A stretch of 49,459 nt of DNA, the filler included, from Basidiobolus ranarum (lineage: Eukaryota): assembly GCA_040143965.1 (NCBI GenBank). It is 2 parts of 2 records of this genome, joined end to end, with 100 filler letters (N's around TTAATTAATTAA, not from the genome) between each part and the next. Parts side by side here need not be neighbours in the genome. Positions count along the whole stretch, not along the records: positions 24,852 to 49,459 come from JASJQH010000149.1; 1 more part is not named here. The stretch is one strand, 5' to 3'. The notes beneath the pieces were generated by a model, which worked only from the letters and a program-made list of their open reading frames with translations, ran no database searches and was not told the origin of the DNA. Shown here in pieces: positions 35,991 to 47,942 of this stretch (position 1 is the stretch's first letter; each line of letters opens with the position of its first letter). Both the position numbers and the translations under genes were made by a program.

Positions 35991-38900
35991 ATGCCGGGAA
36001 GAATTGATGCAGCCAGTAGGTTTATCTCTTACTTCAGTTGAGACGAGAGTGCACAGTACTCACCTTTTATCTTAATGTAGAATATCTCCAAGAGACCCTC
36101 CCAAAGAGGATTATGTTTCTCGATGGTAAGCACTCTATTAGTTACTTTACTATTCGCCTTTTATTAACTTCAATTTCTTCAAACAGGTGGTATGGGTACT
36201 ATGATTCAAAAACTTTATCTTGAGGAAGAGCACTTCAGAGGTCAGTTCCCTTTTTCCTTCTACAAGAATGTTAAACTTACCTTCTGGTAACTAAAATAGG
36301 TACTCGTTTCCTCGACCACCCCAAGGACTTGAAAGGAAATAATGATATTCTTGTCCTCACCCTTCCTGAAGCTATCATTGACATTCACAAACAGTATTTA
36401 TTGGCCGGTTCCGATATGGTTGAGACGAACACATTTTCGTCCACTTGTATTGCTCAGGCTGACTATGGATTAGAACATCTTGCATACGAGCTAAATAAGG
36501 TTGCTGCTGAAGTTGCACGTAAAGCTTGCGACGAGGTCACACTCCTTCAACCGGAAAAACCCCGTATGGTCTGTGGTTCTATTGGTCCTACCAACAGAAC
36601 TGCCTCTATCTCACCTTCAGTTGAAAATCCATCCTACAGAAATGTTACTTTCGATGAGTTGGTTGAAGCTTACACTGAACAGACCCGTGGTTTATTAGAT
36701 GGTGGATCCGATCTCTTAATTGTAGAAACGGTCTTCGATACCCTGAACGCCAAAGCCGCTCTTTTCGCTATTGATCTACTTTTCACACAAGGTGGGTACC
36801 AAGAAGTGCCTGTCCTCGTTTCTGGTACCATTGTCGATCAAAGTGGAAGAACTCTATCTGGACAAACTGGAGAAGCATTCGTAATTAGTGTGTCCCACTC
36901 TAATCCTACTGCCATCGGATTAAATTGCGCACTTGGTGCATCCCAGATGAGACCTTTCGTTCAAAATATTTCTAATGCCACTTCCAAATACCTTATCTGT
37001 TATCCCAACGCTGGTCTTCCTAACACTTTTGGTGAATATGATGAAACACCAGAAACCATGGCATCCCACATAGAGGAATTTGCTGCCGGTGGTTTACTTA
37101 ATCTTGTGGGTGGTTGTTGTGGTACCACACCAGAACATATCAAAGCTATCGCTGACGTTTGTGCTAAATATCCTCCTAGAGTACCACCTGAAGATTTATC
37201 CAAAAGTAAGATGCTTCTTTCTGGTTTAGAACCACTTGTCATTGATGAAACCACCAACTTTGTCAACATCGGTGAACGTTGTAACGTTGCTGGGTCCAAG
37301 AAATTCGCACGTCATATCCTCAATAATGAATATGAAGAAGCACTTGCTATCGCTAGAGCGCAGGTCGAAAATGGAGCCCAAATTGTCGATGTAAACATGG
37401 ATGAAGGTTTACTCGATGGTGTTGCTGCCATGACTAAATTTCTTAACTTGATTTCCACTGAACCCGATGTATCCAAAGTACCTTTAATGATCGACTCCTC
37501 GAATTTCGAGGTAATCGAGGCAGGCCTGAAATGTGTCCAAGGTAAATGTATCGTCAACAGTATCTCTTTGAAAGAAGGTGAAGCGGACTTCTTGAAAAAA
37601 GCTACGATTATCCGTCGGTTTGGTGCAGCTGTAGTAGTGATGGCTTTTGACGAAGAAGGACAAGCTGTAGATAGACAACGCAAGTTGGATATTTGCACCA
37701 GATCTTACAATCTATTGGTTGACAAAGTTGGATTTAATCCAAATGATATCGTCTTTGATCCTAATATTCTTACCATCTGTACTGGTATGGATGAGCACAA
37801 TCACTACGCTGTTGAGTTCATTGAAGCTACTCGATTGATCAAAGCCAACCTTCCAGGAGCTAAAATCAGTGGTGGTGTTTCCAATATTTCTTTCTCTTTC
37901 CGTGGTAAAGAAGTCATTAGACAAGCCATGCACAGTGTGTTTCTTTTCCATGCCATTAAAGCCGGATTGGATATGGGAATCGTGAATCCCGGGTTCTTGA
38001 CAATTTATGATGATATTGCCAAGGATCTACTCGAAATCTGTGAGAATGCAGTTCACAATCTTGATCCCAACTCCACTGAAAAGTTGTTGGAATACGCTGA
38101 GAAGCACGGGAAGGTGGCTGGTAAAGCAGGTGATGCTGAAGAGTGGAGACAGCAAGATGTTTCTTCCAGATTGTCCTATGCCTTAGTTAAAGGTATTACC
38201 AAGTACATTATTGAAGATACGGAAGAGGCAAGATTGGATAAAGAAAAGTATCCTCGCCCATTGAACGTTATCGAAGTTCCTCTGATGAACGGCATGAACA
38301 TTGTAGGTCAACTTTTTGGCTCCGGAAAAATGTTCTTGCCTCAGGTTATCAAGAGTGCTCGTGTTATGAAAAAGGCGGTTGCTCATCTCATTCCATTCAT
38401 GGAGGAAGAAAGACTTGCATCACTAGCAGCAGGGGGCATCGCTGACGATGACGAGAATAGTATGTATAGTGGCACAGTGGTTCTGGCAACTGTGAAAGGT
38501 GACGTTCACGATATTGGTAAGAATATCGTAGGAGTTGTATTGGGCTGTAATAATTATCGAGTTATCGATTTGGGTGTCATGACACCTACAGAAAAGATCA
38601 TCCAAGCTGCTATTGATGAAAAGGCTGATATCGTTGGTCTTTCTGGGCTTATCACTCCCTCCCTTGATGAGATGATTAATGTTGCCAAGGAGATGGAGCG
38701 TAAAGGTCTTAAGACTCCACTTCTAATCGGCGGAGCCACTACTTCTAAGACCCATACTGCAGTTAAAATTTCGCCTCGTTATTCTCAACCCACTGTCCAT
38801 GTTTTGGATGCTTCTCGAAGTGTTGTGGTTGTTTCTAATTTATTGGATGAAAACTCTAAAGATGATTTTATTGAAGATTTGGCAGAAGAGTACGAGGAGC

Positions 38901-39943
38901 TTAGAGAGGATCATTATGATTCTTTAAAAGATCGGAAATACCTGAGCCTCTCAGCTGCCCGTGAACGTGCACTTAAAATTGACTGGAAGGCCCAAGGGGC
39001 TCCTGTAAAGCCTACTTTCCTTGGTACAAAGGTTTTTAAGGATTACGATCTAAAGAGAACCCTCGACCATATTGACTGGAATCCTTTCTTCCAAACATGG
39101 CAACTCCGAGGAAAGTATCCCAACAGAGGTTATCCAAAGATCTTCAACGATGCAGACGTTGGTGCTGAAGCTAAAAGATTGTTTGATGAAGCTCAAATTA
39201 TGCTCAAAAAGATTATTGATGAAAAACTTTTAGAAGCAAGCGGTATTCTTGCTTTCTACCCAGCTAATAGTGTCGGTGATGATATTGAAGTCTATGCTGA
39301 CGATAATCGTACGGAAGCCATCGGTACTTTCTATGGACTTCGTCAACAGGCAGAGAAGGATAGAGAGTCTACCGAGCCATATTACTGTCTATCAGATTTC
39401 ATTGCTCCCAAAGAGAGCGGCGTTGCTGATTATATTGGCCTCTTTGCTGTGAGCTCCGGCTTTGGTACCGACGAGCTGTGTGAATCATTCCAAAAGGACC
39501 ACGACGACTTCAATGTTATCATGACTAAAGCCTTGGCTGATCGCCTGGCTGAAGCATTCGCAGAAATTCTCCACCAAGAAGTTCGTAAGGAATACTGGGG
39601 ATATTCTCCTGATGAAACTTTACAAACTAGCGATCTTTTGTCTGTAAAGTACCAAGGTATTCGCCCAGCTCCTGGTTATCCTAGTCAACCTGATCACACG
39701 GAAAAGCTTACCATGTGGAGTATCGCTAATATTCAAGAAAGCAGTGGAATTGAACTAACTGAATCTCTCGCCATGGCACCTGCAGCCAGTGTTAGTGGCT
39801 TGTACTTTGCCAATCCTGAAGCGAAGTATTTTGCTGTTGGTAAGATTGACCAGGAGCAGGTAGCCAGCTACGCAGCGAGAAAGAACATGGATATCGAAAC
39901 CACAGAGAAATGGCTTCGCCCCATCCTTGCTTATGACTCTTAA
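35991..39943 (+). CDS. metH: Cobalamin-dependent methionine synthase, 3 introns near the 5' end
   Basis: Spliced [23 protein letters not shown]; Hcy/Zn domain GLNCALG and [11 protein letters not shown]; pterin domain [11 protein letters not shown]12 motif [31 protein letters not shown]; activation domain [14 protein letters not shown]. Confidence 0.98.
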
Positions 39944-40282
39944 GAACTTGCTAAATATTCAATTACACTTATATATCTTCTCCATCAACTTACCCAACCA
40001 TATTACGGACTCTTATGCATTCTACGGACACTTTTTCAGTGATTATTTGTTACTTTGAATTCCTTATTTATATTGCTTTTATAAAATATATATTCGCTTC
40101 GATAATATCTTGAAATATTTCTCCAGTTATTTAAAGCCTAAGTAGAAATGTTCAACAACGAATGAAATCGCTTGCTTAGCAAATTGAATCGGGATTTTAT
40201 CTATCTATCTATATATTACTGCAAGTTGAACAAATGAATTTATATCACTAAATAGATACGAGCGAACACCATTTCTTGCAAC

Positions 40283-41106
40283 ATGACTTTGGAAAAAGCA
40301 TTCTACTTTGGGCCACACAAAATCTGTCCGACTCAAATCTTTTATGGTTCTCGATTTGCTTATGGTCTCGTTAATTTAAAGCCAATTGTTCCGTAAGTTG
40401 AATTCTGAGCATCCTCCTCGGAGCTTCTAAATTGAAGAATTCTCCATAATCGTATTTACTGACAACAATCTATCACAGTGGTCGTATCCTCTTGTACAAT
40501 AGATCTCATAATTCCCTTTTACCTTTGACGGAAGAGTAACCGTATGCATAAATTACCTTAACACTTTAAAAACATAATAGATGTCCTGGTAGTGTCAAAG
40601 AGATCAGTTGCACGCTTTACAGATTTAACTCCAGAAGAGGTGACCCTCAGTCATAGTTTATTTGTAATTGAAGAGTGATTGTATAACTTTAACCTTCAAC
40701 AGGTCAGCGATTTATTTGTCAGCGCTCAAAGTATCGGTCGAGTCGTTGAAAAAGAGTTTCAAGGAGAGTCTTTGAGTGTGGTGGTTCAGGTATGTGTTTA
40801 GGATATCTCTATCAAAGAATTACGGTATTTAATTTATCATAGGATGGGCCATATGCTGGCCAAACGGTACCTCATGTACATATCCATGTGATACCACGCC
40901 GTCAAGGAGATTGGGAAAACAATGATGATATTTATGATGACCTTAACAAGGTTGATAACGAGGACCGGAAGCCCCGCTCAGCGACTGAAATGGTGAGTTA
41001 AGATTTGACTCGAGACATCTCACACCGTTACTTTGCTAATCACATGGCTGTTCTATAGGCTGAAGAGGCCAACAGGCTTCGAGAACGCTTCCCACAAAGT
41101 GAATAG
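40283..41106 (+). CDS. HNT2: FHIT/Hnt2-type dinucleoside triphosphate hydrolase (HIT family), 6 exons
   Basis: Exons 40283-40392, 40479-40483, 40581-40639, 40703-40789, 40843-40992 and 41059-41106 give ..YFGPHKI..LVNLKPIVPGHVLVVSKR..RFTDLTPEEVSDLF..QDGPYAGQTVPHVHIHVIPRRQGDWENNDDIY..RKPRSATEMAEEANRLR. Missed by the ORF track. Confidence 0.93.
40484..40580 (+). other. U12-type (minor spliceosome) GT-AG intron
   Basis: 5' site GTATCCTCTT (consensus RTATCCTT); branch TTACCTTAAC at 40553-40562 (consensus TTCCTTAAC), 18 nt before the intron end; no polypyrimidine tract. Confidence 0.85.
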
Positions 41107-41747
41107 TGATTTGGACGAGTATTATGTAATAAAGAGATGAAACAAAGACTTAGATTTGACTTGTGACAAATAGGGAGTTAAATGTCTCACTTGGTTAAAT
41201 GGAATATCATCTAATGCATCACTGTTTCCAATTCCATTGCGCTGTATATATATTTGGCCATTTTAATCTCATCATTTCACCTGTTCACTTTTCTCCGTTC
41301 ATCTAATTTTGATATGAATCGGGTGAAGCTTCAAGCTTTATTAATTACTGAGCTGCTGAAACACTGGAATCCAAGGCTGTATCCATCCACCTCCTCCATG
41401 GCAACCTACTAACCTTGCTTAACTTGCTGAAAACGTGATTATTATGCAACACATAGTATTAGCATTCACTGTATGCTAGGTTCATTATCGTGCTAGAGAT
41501 ATGAGTCCTGTAAACAATTAAGGTAGGGCCGCGCAGGATACTCTTGCGTTTCTTACATGTTTATACTCTACCCCTTGATCAAAAAGGTCTTACTAGTTGC
41601 CTTTTTTGTGGTAATTACTTGTTTTATCATTCGATCATTCCTCCATATCAGTAAGCATTATTGGCGTAGTGAAACTCCTTATATACTAGCTCTCCTTCTG
41701 TTACTTCCTAAAAATCAATAGAAGCCTTTCCTTTTCTTTCAAATTAA

Positions 41748-43497
41748 ATGAGCCATAATGCCGTTGTTTGCTATAGAGACTCAGCGCCAAGCCCTTGTTA
41801 CATTTCCCAACTTCCGCGAGAGATTGTGGAGTATATCTTCACCTATTTGCGGGAGGATATAGCTGACCTTTGGTCTTGTTGCTTAGTCAATCATCAATGG
41901 AGTCATTTATCCTCACCCGAATTGTGGCGAACACCTGTCTTCTCCTCACAGAAGGCAATTCGCGCATTCAAGCAGACTGTGACCACCAACATCAAAGGTA
42001 CCTTTCACACATATCTTCCTTACCAAATCAACCATCTAACTTTAGAACACAGTGGCCAACCTTGTAAAAGAATTCGCATTTGATGAGTACCGTTATCAAA
42101 TTAGACCCATTGCTCGAGTAGAGGAGTTGATCCACTGCTTGCCTAACCTGACATCCATACGCTTGCCTCCAGTGATTCCTCTTTTCCGACCCAACTCATT
42201 ACTGTCGTTTGTCTCTCACTCATTGCCCAGTATTAGGAGTTTAGGGTATCGAGATAAAAGAATGGACCCTAACGAGATAGTTGAAGACTTGATTCGCGTA
42301 CTTGATGGTTGCCAGAATTTGGAACATCTGATACTTGATTTTGAGGAAATCAAACCATTCCGCGAATCTACCTTGGAAAAGCTCCGAAGCTTACCCCCAA
42401 TTACCTCCTTAACATCATTGGATGTGTGGAGCTATAGCGTCAAAGAGAACTTTTTTAGCTCCCTCTTTTATCTAACTCCTAACTTGAGTAAGATATCCTT
42501 CACCACAACCCGCATTCCAATCGATGTTGTCAAACGAGTGATTGAGCATTGTCCGAGGTTAACGTCACTCCGGATCAAGTTCCTTTACTCCGAAGATATG
42601 GATCATAAGGCCATGCAACAGCTCTGCCAATGCCTGATTAATGGATTCCGTGGACAGCTAACCGAACTAGGGCTATCCTTTTTCAAGGATCCCAACGTTC
42701 CTCAAGAGCTTCTGAGCTCTTTATGGGAATCATCCATGTGCAAATGGGAAACCCTGAGCCTTTCTAACTTCATCATCCCCACACAGGCATTAAGCCACCT
42801 GTCGAGATGCGTCTCCAACAGGCTTAGAGTTTTGGATATGTGCAACATCATGGGTTCTACTCCTCAAGATGTAAAAGCGTGGGATGCTCTTTTGGCGCAG
42901 TGTGGATCGAGCTTAACTTCATTGTTCATTGGGGGTAATTCCAGCCTTGATGATAGCATTGGTCTGATAATCGCCAAACACTGCAAAAAGCTGGAAAAAC
43001 TCTCATTAAGAAATACGTCTGTAACTGATCAGACACTAGTGGCGATAGTCAAGAACTGTGGATCGACCATCCGCTACCTAGATTTAAGCGGAACTTCCAC
43101 GGGAGAAGACACCATCGACGCCATCTGCCAGCACTGTTGGTGCATCAGAGATCTCATCTTACAAAGGCCACTCTCAAGATTGGACGAATGTATGGATGGA
43201 ACGATTCTTATTCCCCTTATTCAAAACCATGGTCACAGACTGAAACGTCTAAATATCTATTCTTGGCGAATTACGAATCATGTTCTAGACACCTTTGCCA
43301 TTTTCGGAAAAGGAATTCGTGAGCTCACATTTATGAATAATCGATACCTATCGGATGAAAACCTCCGAGGGATGTTGGAGAAATGTCGTAAACTACGTAA
43401 ATTATACATCTTCCCCCCGTTCTGCCCTAAAGATAGCACACCCTTTAGCTTGGAGCTACTTGAAGAAATTCAAGAAAGGTGTATCGACTACATTTAA
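41748..43497 (+). CDS. F-box/leucine-rich-repeat (RNI-like) protein, 1 intron (41998-42052)
   Basis: F-box ISQLPREIVEYIFTYL..DLWSCCLVNHQW..LWR; cysteine-containing LRRs (CPRLTSLRI, CKKLEKLSLRNTSVTD, CRKLRKLYI). Confidence 0.88.
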
Positions 43498-44544
43498 TTA
43501 CCTGGCTATATATATCATGTACACTTAACCCATGTATTTTTTTTATCAATTGTATGCATACTACCCTAAATCCACTACCAAGATTATAGAAAACCTTTAT
43601 TAACAATATCGTAATGGTGTCGTTTCTTCTTATTTCCAAAGTACCCTCTTGAATCGGTTTTTGTCAGCAACATTTTTTGAATGCTGCGTTCATGTGCGCT
43701 TCAACATACACCCTAAACGTTACCATTAAGCCAGGCATTTCAACTGTTTCCCTTCCCACTGGTTTTGGCCAGGTTTCTATTGGCTACGCATATCAAAGGG
43801 CAGTTTCAATTCACTCAGCGCCAAACACTCTTCGTACCTAAGAAGCTAATAAATGAAGCAAGTTGATAAATGAAGAATGTGTATCGCGTTACATAATTAC
43901 TTAATCGGCACATATCCAATACATAGTCTACATGTTCTGTGGTAATGGATAATTTATTAGCACCAATAGCTGTATCCTATCCAAGCAAATAGTGGTAAAT
44001 AATTTATTGATTCATGTCTCACTAATTTTCATTAGTATTATTTCAGGACATGCTTGGGTATCATCGCTCAGGTGCAAAATGAGGTGTAGGAATGAATGGC
44101 TTGTATGATCAGCAACTAAGCATGGAAAGGGGTTGAGGGGATACGTACGCAAGGAGAGGATAGAGGCAGAAAGGCCAAGGAGGGGCTAAGGAAAAGCTAG
44201 GGAAAACATCAGGAATTTCCTGAGAATTCTCTGGACATTACATGAATTTTAATGCCATTTGACCGTTCGACAGTTTGATAGAATACCAGTCAATATTGTC
44301 AACTTTGATGACGCACAAATTGATGTATTGGTCATTGATTGGTGGATATCGCTACAACTTGTTTCTGTTCGTCACCCCCGGGCCCATTTAGGGGCTAAGC
44401 TTAAGTTTTCTGCAAAATCTTTTAATTAGCGCCCAGCCACCCAATTCTCTTCAGTCACAATCGTTGTTTCTTCATTTTACGGCCCACTCAGCTTTACCTT
44501 TGTACCTTTAACCTCCTTACTATACCTTAATATACACTACTAAC

Positions 44545-46165
44545 ATGGTAAGCAAAAACCTTGGCATATACTCTACTTGCTGCTCCTAAACATTCTTCTT
44601 CGATTAGGATGAACAATATGATGTTATTGTCCTCGGTACTGGTTTGACCGAATGTATTCTCTCTGGTCTATTATCTGTTGAGGGTAAAAAGGTCCTCCAC
44701 ATGGACAGAAACGACTACTACGGCGGGGAGAGCGCAAGTTTGAACCTGAACCAGGTAAGTTATACACTGGCACATTGCTTGTTGATAGCATAATAAACTC
44801 TTCGTTTAGCTATACAGAAAATTCCGAGATGGCAAGGAGCCTCCCGCTGAATTGGGTCGGGAGCGTGATTACAATGTTGACTTGACTCCCAAGTTCATGA
44901 TGGCCAACGGAGAGCTTGTCAAGGTCCTTACCCACACTGATGTGACTCGCTACCTTGAATTCAAGCAAATCTCCGGATCCTACGTCTATGGTGAAGGGAA
45001 AATTTATAAAGTGCCCTCTAGTGAGGTTGAGGCTTTAACCAGTCCTCTTATGGGATTAATGGAGAAACAAAGAGCCAAGAAATTCTTTGAATTCATGCAA
45101 AATTGGAAGGATGAGGACCCTTCCACTCATAATGGTATGTTTACAGTCGGTATCATGCCAACGACGGTGTGAATTTAATTGTATCTTCCATTTTAGGTTT
45201 GGATATGGACAAAAACACTATGGCTGAGGTGTTCGAACAATTCAAATTGGAACCTGCCACCCAAGAATTCATTGGCCATGCTTTGGCTTTGTATCTGGAT
45301 AACGAGTAATTATTGGTTCATTGAGTGATTTACAAATTGGGTGCTAATATTCGATTCATGTTCTTGTAGTTATTTGAAAAAGCCTGCTCGTGAAGCCTAC
45401 GAACGTATCGTTCTTTACATGTCCTCAATGGCTCGTTATGGAAAGAGCCCCTACATCTACCCTCTCTATGGCTTAGGCGAACTTCCTCAAGGTTTTGCCA
45501 GACTCAGTGCCATTTACGGTGGCACCTATATGTTGGACAAAAAGATTGAAGAGGTCGTATATGAAAATGGCGTCTTTGTTGGAGTCAAGTCTGGTGGCGA
45601 GATTGCTCGTGCCAAGCAAGTTATTGGTGACCCTTCGTACTTCACTGACAAGGTTCGCAAGAGTGGTAAGGTAATCAGAGCCATCTGTTTACTGAAGCAC
45701 GCTATTCCCAACACTGGGGATGCCGATTCGGTTCAAATCATCATCCCACAAAGTCAAGTACAACGTAAACAAGGTAAGCTTGCTTTTCAATGAATTCTGA
45801 ATAGCGTGGTATACTCATTTCTTGTCACAGATATCTACATAGCATGCGTAAGCTCAGCTCACAAGGTCTGTCCCAAGGATCATTATCTTGCTATTGTGTC
45901 CACTCTCGTTGAAACTGATGATCCTGAAGCGGAAATCAAGGCTGGATTAGACCTTCTTGGCCCTATCAGTGAGAAATTCATCACAATCTCTGATCTTGAG
46001 GAGCCCACTGATGATGGCAGCAAGTCCAATGTCTTCATCTCCCGCTCCTATGACGCCAGTACTCACTTTGAGAGTGTATATGATGAAGTAAAGGACATCT
46101 ATAAGCGTATCACTGGACAAGATTTAGTATTGAAAAAGAGAGTGAGGGAAGAGGAGCAAGCTTAG
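44545..46165 (+). CDS. GDI1: Rab GDP dissociation inhibitor, 5 introns
   Basis: [101 protein letters not shown]. Confidence 0.97.
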
Positions 46166-46991
46166 AAGCCATTCATACCCATTTGCATTTGATGTAATCC
46201 CTGTCCTAGCCCTTTCCTTCCCTTCCCTTCCCTTACCTCTACCCCCGTTTCGTGGTCGTTATTTAACAGATATGTAAAGTAAGAAATACCTCGATATTTC
46301 AATTGATTAATGCCCGATTTGCCCAGCAAATAAAATCTAATATTTATTACTCAATGACTGTTGACCTCAGTATTATCTATGGTGTTGACGTTCTCAGCAT
46401 TATCTATGGCGTTTACATTAAGCTACGAGTGAAGTGATCCGATCGTTGAACTTGGGGCTTTGCAGCAACGTTAAACAATAGATCAACCGACATCCTACTG
46501 CAATAGAGACTTCTAATCCTGCCTACTTCAGAGCCAACTGTAGAGTGAGACATGTAAACGGTTGGTTGAGGTAGTATTTGTGTCATAGCAATTGTCGGTG
46601 TTTGAGTGGATGTATGGTGGAAGTTGAGGAGAATTAATTGAACATCTACAATTTAGGCCCAGCTGCATTGTTCCTACCTCAACTGAAACCCACAACAGCA
46701 TTCATAAAAGCCATTGGTTTCTTCACAATGACATCAGATAATCCAACGTCTTTCCTTGAATTGTTTATAGTGATAGTCAAAGAAACCCCCTGGGAGGAAT
46801 ATGCGCTGAACTCGTGAATTCCAAAGAGTATAAATTATCAACAAACCCGATACGTCTTGCCTGATCTTCTTTTACCTTTTTGCTCTTTATTTTACAAAGC
46901 AGAATACCTGTCTTGTTGTAAGTAACTCTTAACTCAATGTTCCTCTGCATAAACCGTTAACATCCCGCCTTACTTTAATAGCCTATTCAGT

Positions 46992-47789
46992 ATGTCGAGC
47001 TGGACTCGTTTCTTGTTGATAGTAATAGCAATTTTAAGTCTTTCAACTGCTCGTCCAGCCATCTTACCTTTAAAACCATCCAGCACATCTGCACCCGCGA
47101 ATAAACCAACATCTCTCCCCACCACAAGCAATGTCTCCCTAATTGTATCAACTACTCCAACCTCTCACTCAGCAACGCCTGTCTCTTCATCCGAAAAATC
47201 TACACCCCCACCCATGACAACTTCTACCAACTCACTTCCGGCACCTACCACTGCAAATCCTCCAAGCATCATTGATCCAGTGAAACCTCACTCTTCGGAC
47301 AAACCTGCAGACACTCCAAGTCAAAGTTCAATTCCTGAGCCCACTCCTACCCTTACGCCTACTACCCCCACATCCACTATTACCCAACTTGAGTCGAAAA
47401 CTCACTCTGAGGCGTCCAAGACAACACATAACACCATTCCCCCCGTGGCAACCCCTAGACATTCTGCCACAACCAAGATCATCACTCCCAACGCTGCATC
47501 ATCGGATATTTTGAGCTCGGAACAAAATCAGAATCCCAGCCAAAATCAATCAGAAAATGGAACCAATCGTTCCTTGATAGTGGCGGGAATTTCGGTAGGA
47601 GTAATCATAGCTTTAGCTTCGATTGGTATCTTTATTTTCCGTAAATGGAAACTTTCCCCTTCACGTCGGTTTAGATGTAAATTAGAGGAAGGGGAGTGTT
47701 ATAGAGAACTTCCATCCCGTTCCGGCTCTAGAAGAGAATTGGTTACACGTGACCAAGACTCGGTATTCCTTAAAGAACTGCATTCATAG
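46992..47789 (+). CDS. Ser/Thr/Pro-rich type I membrane protein (Mid2/mucin-like sensor architecture)
   Basis: Signal peptide MSSWTRFLLIVIAILSLSTA, long S/T/P ectodomain, TM LIVAGISVGVIIALASIGIFIF, basic RKWKLSPSRRF, short tail ending FLKELHS. Confidence 0.8.
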   Translation: MSSWTRFLLIVIAILSLSTARPAILPLKPSSTSAPANKPTSLPTTSNVSLIVSTTPTSHSATPVSSSEKSTPPPMTTSTNSLPAPTTANPPSIIDPVKPHSSDKPADTPSQSSIPEPTPTLTPTTPTSTITQLESKTHSEASKTTHNTIPPVATPRHSATTKIITPNAASSDILSSEQNQNPSQNQSENGTNRSLIVAGISVGVIIALASIGIFIFRKWKLSPSRRFRCKLEEGECYRELPSRSGSRRELVTRDQDSVFLKELHS

Positions 47790-47942
47790 AGTAAATCAAT
47801 TCAATTACTTTTATTATTCTTGTATAAATGAAAATAAACACAGTTAACTTTCTCAAGCCATACAAATACTGGTGATTATTTAAAGTAAGGGATATATAGC
47901 ATGTATTTATAAATTAGAATCTATGAATTTTATATTGTCGAA

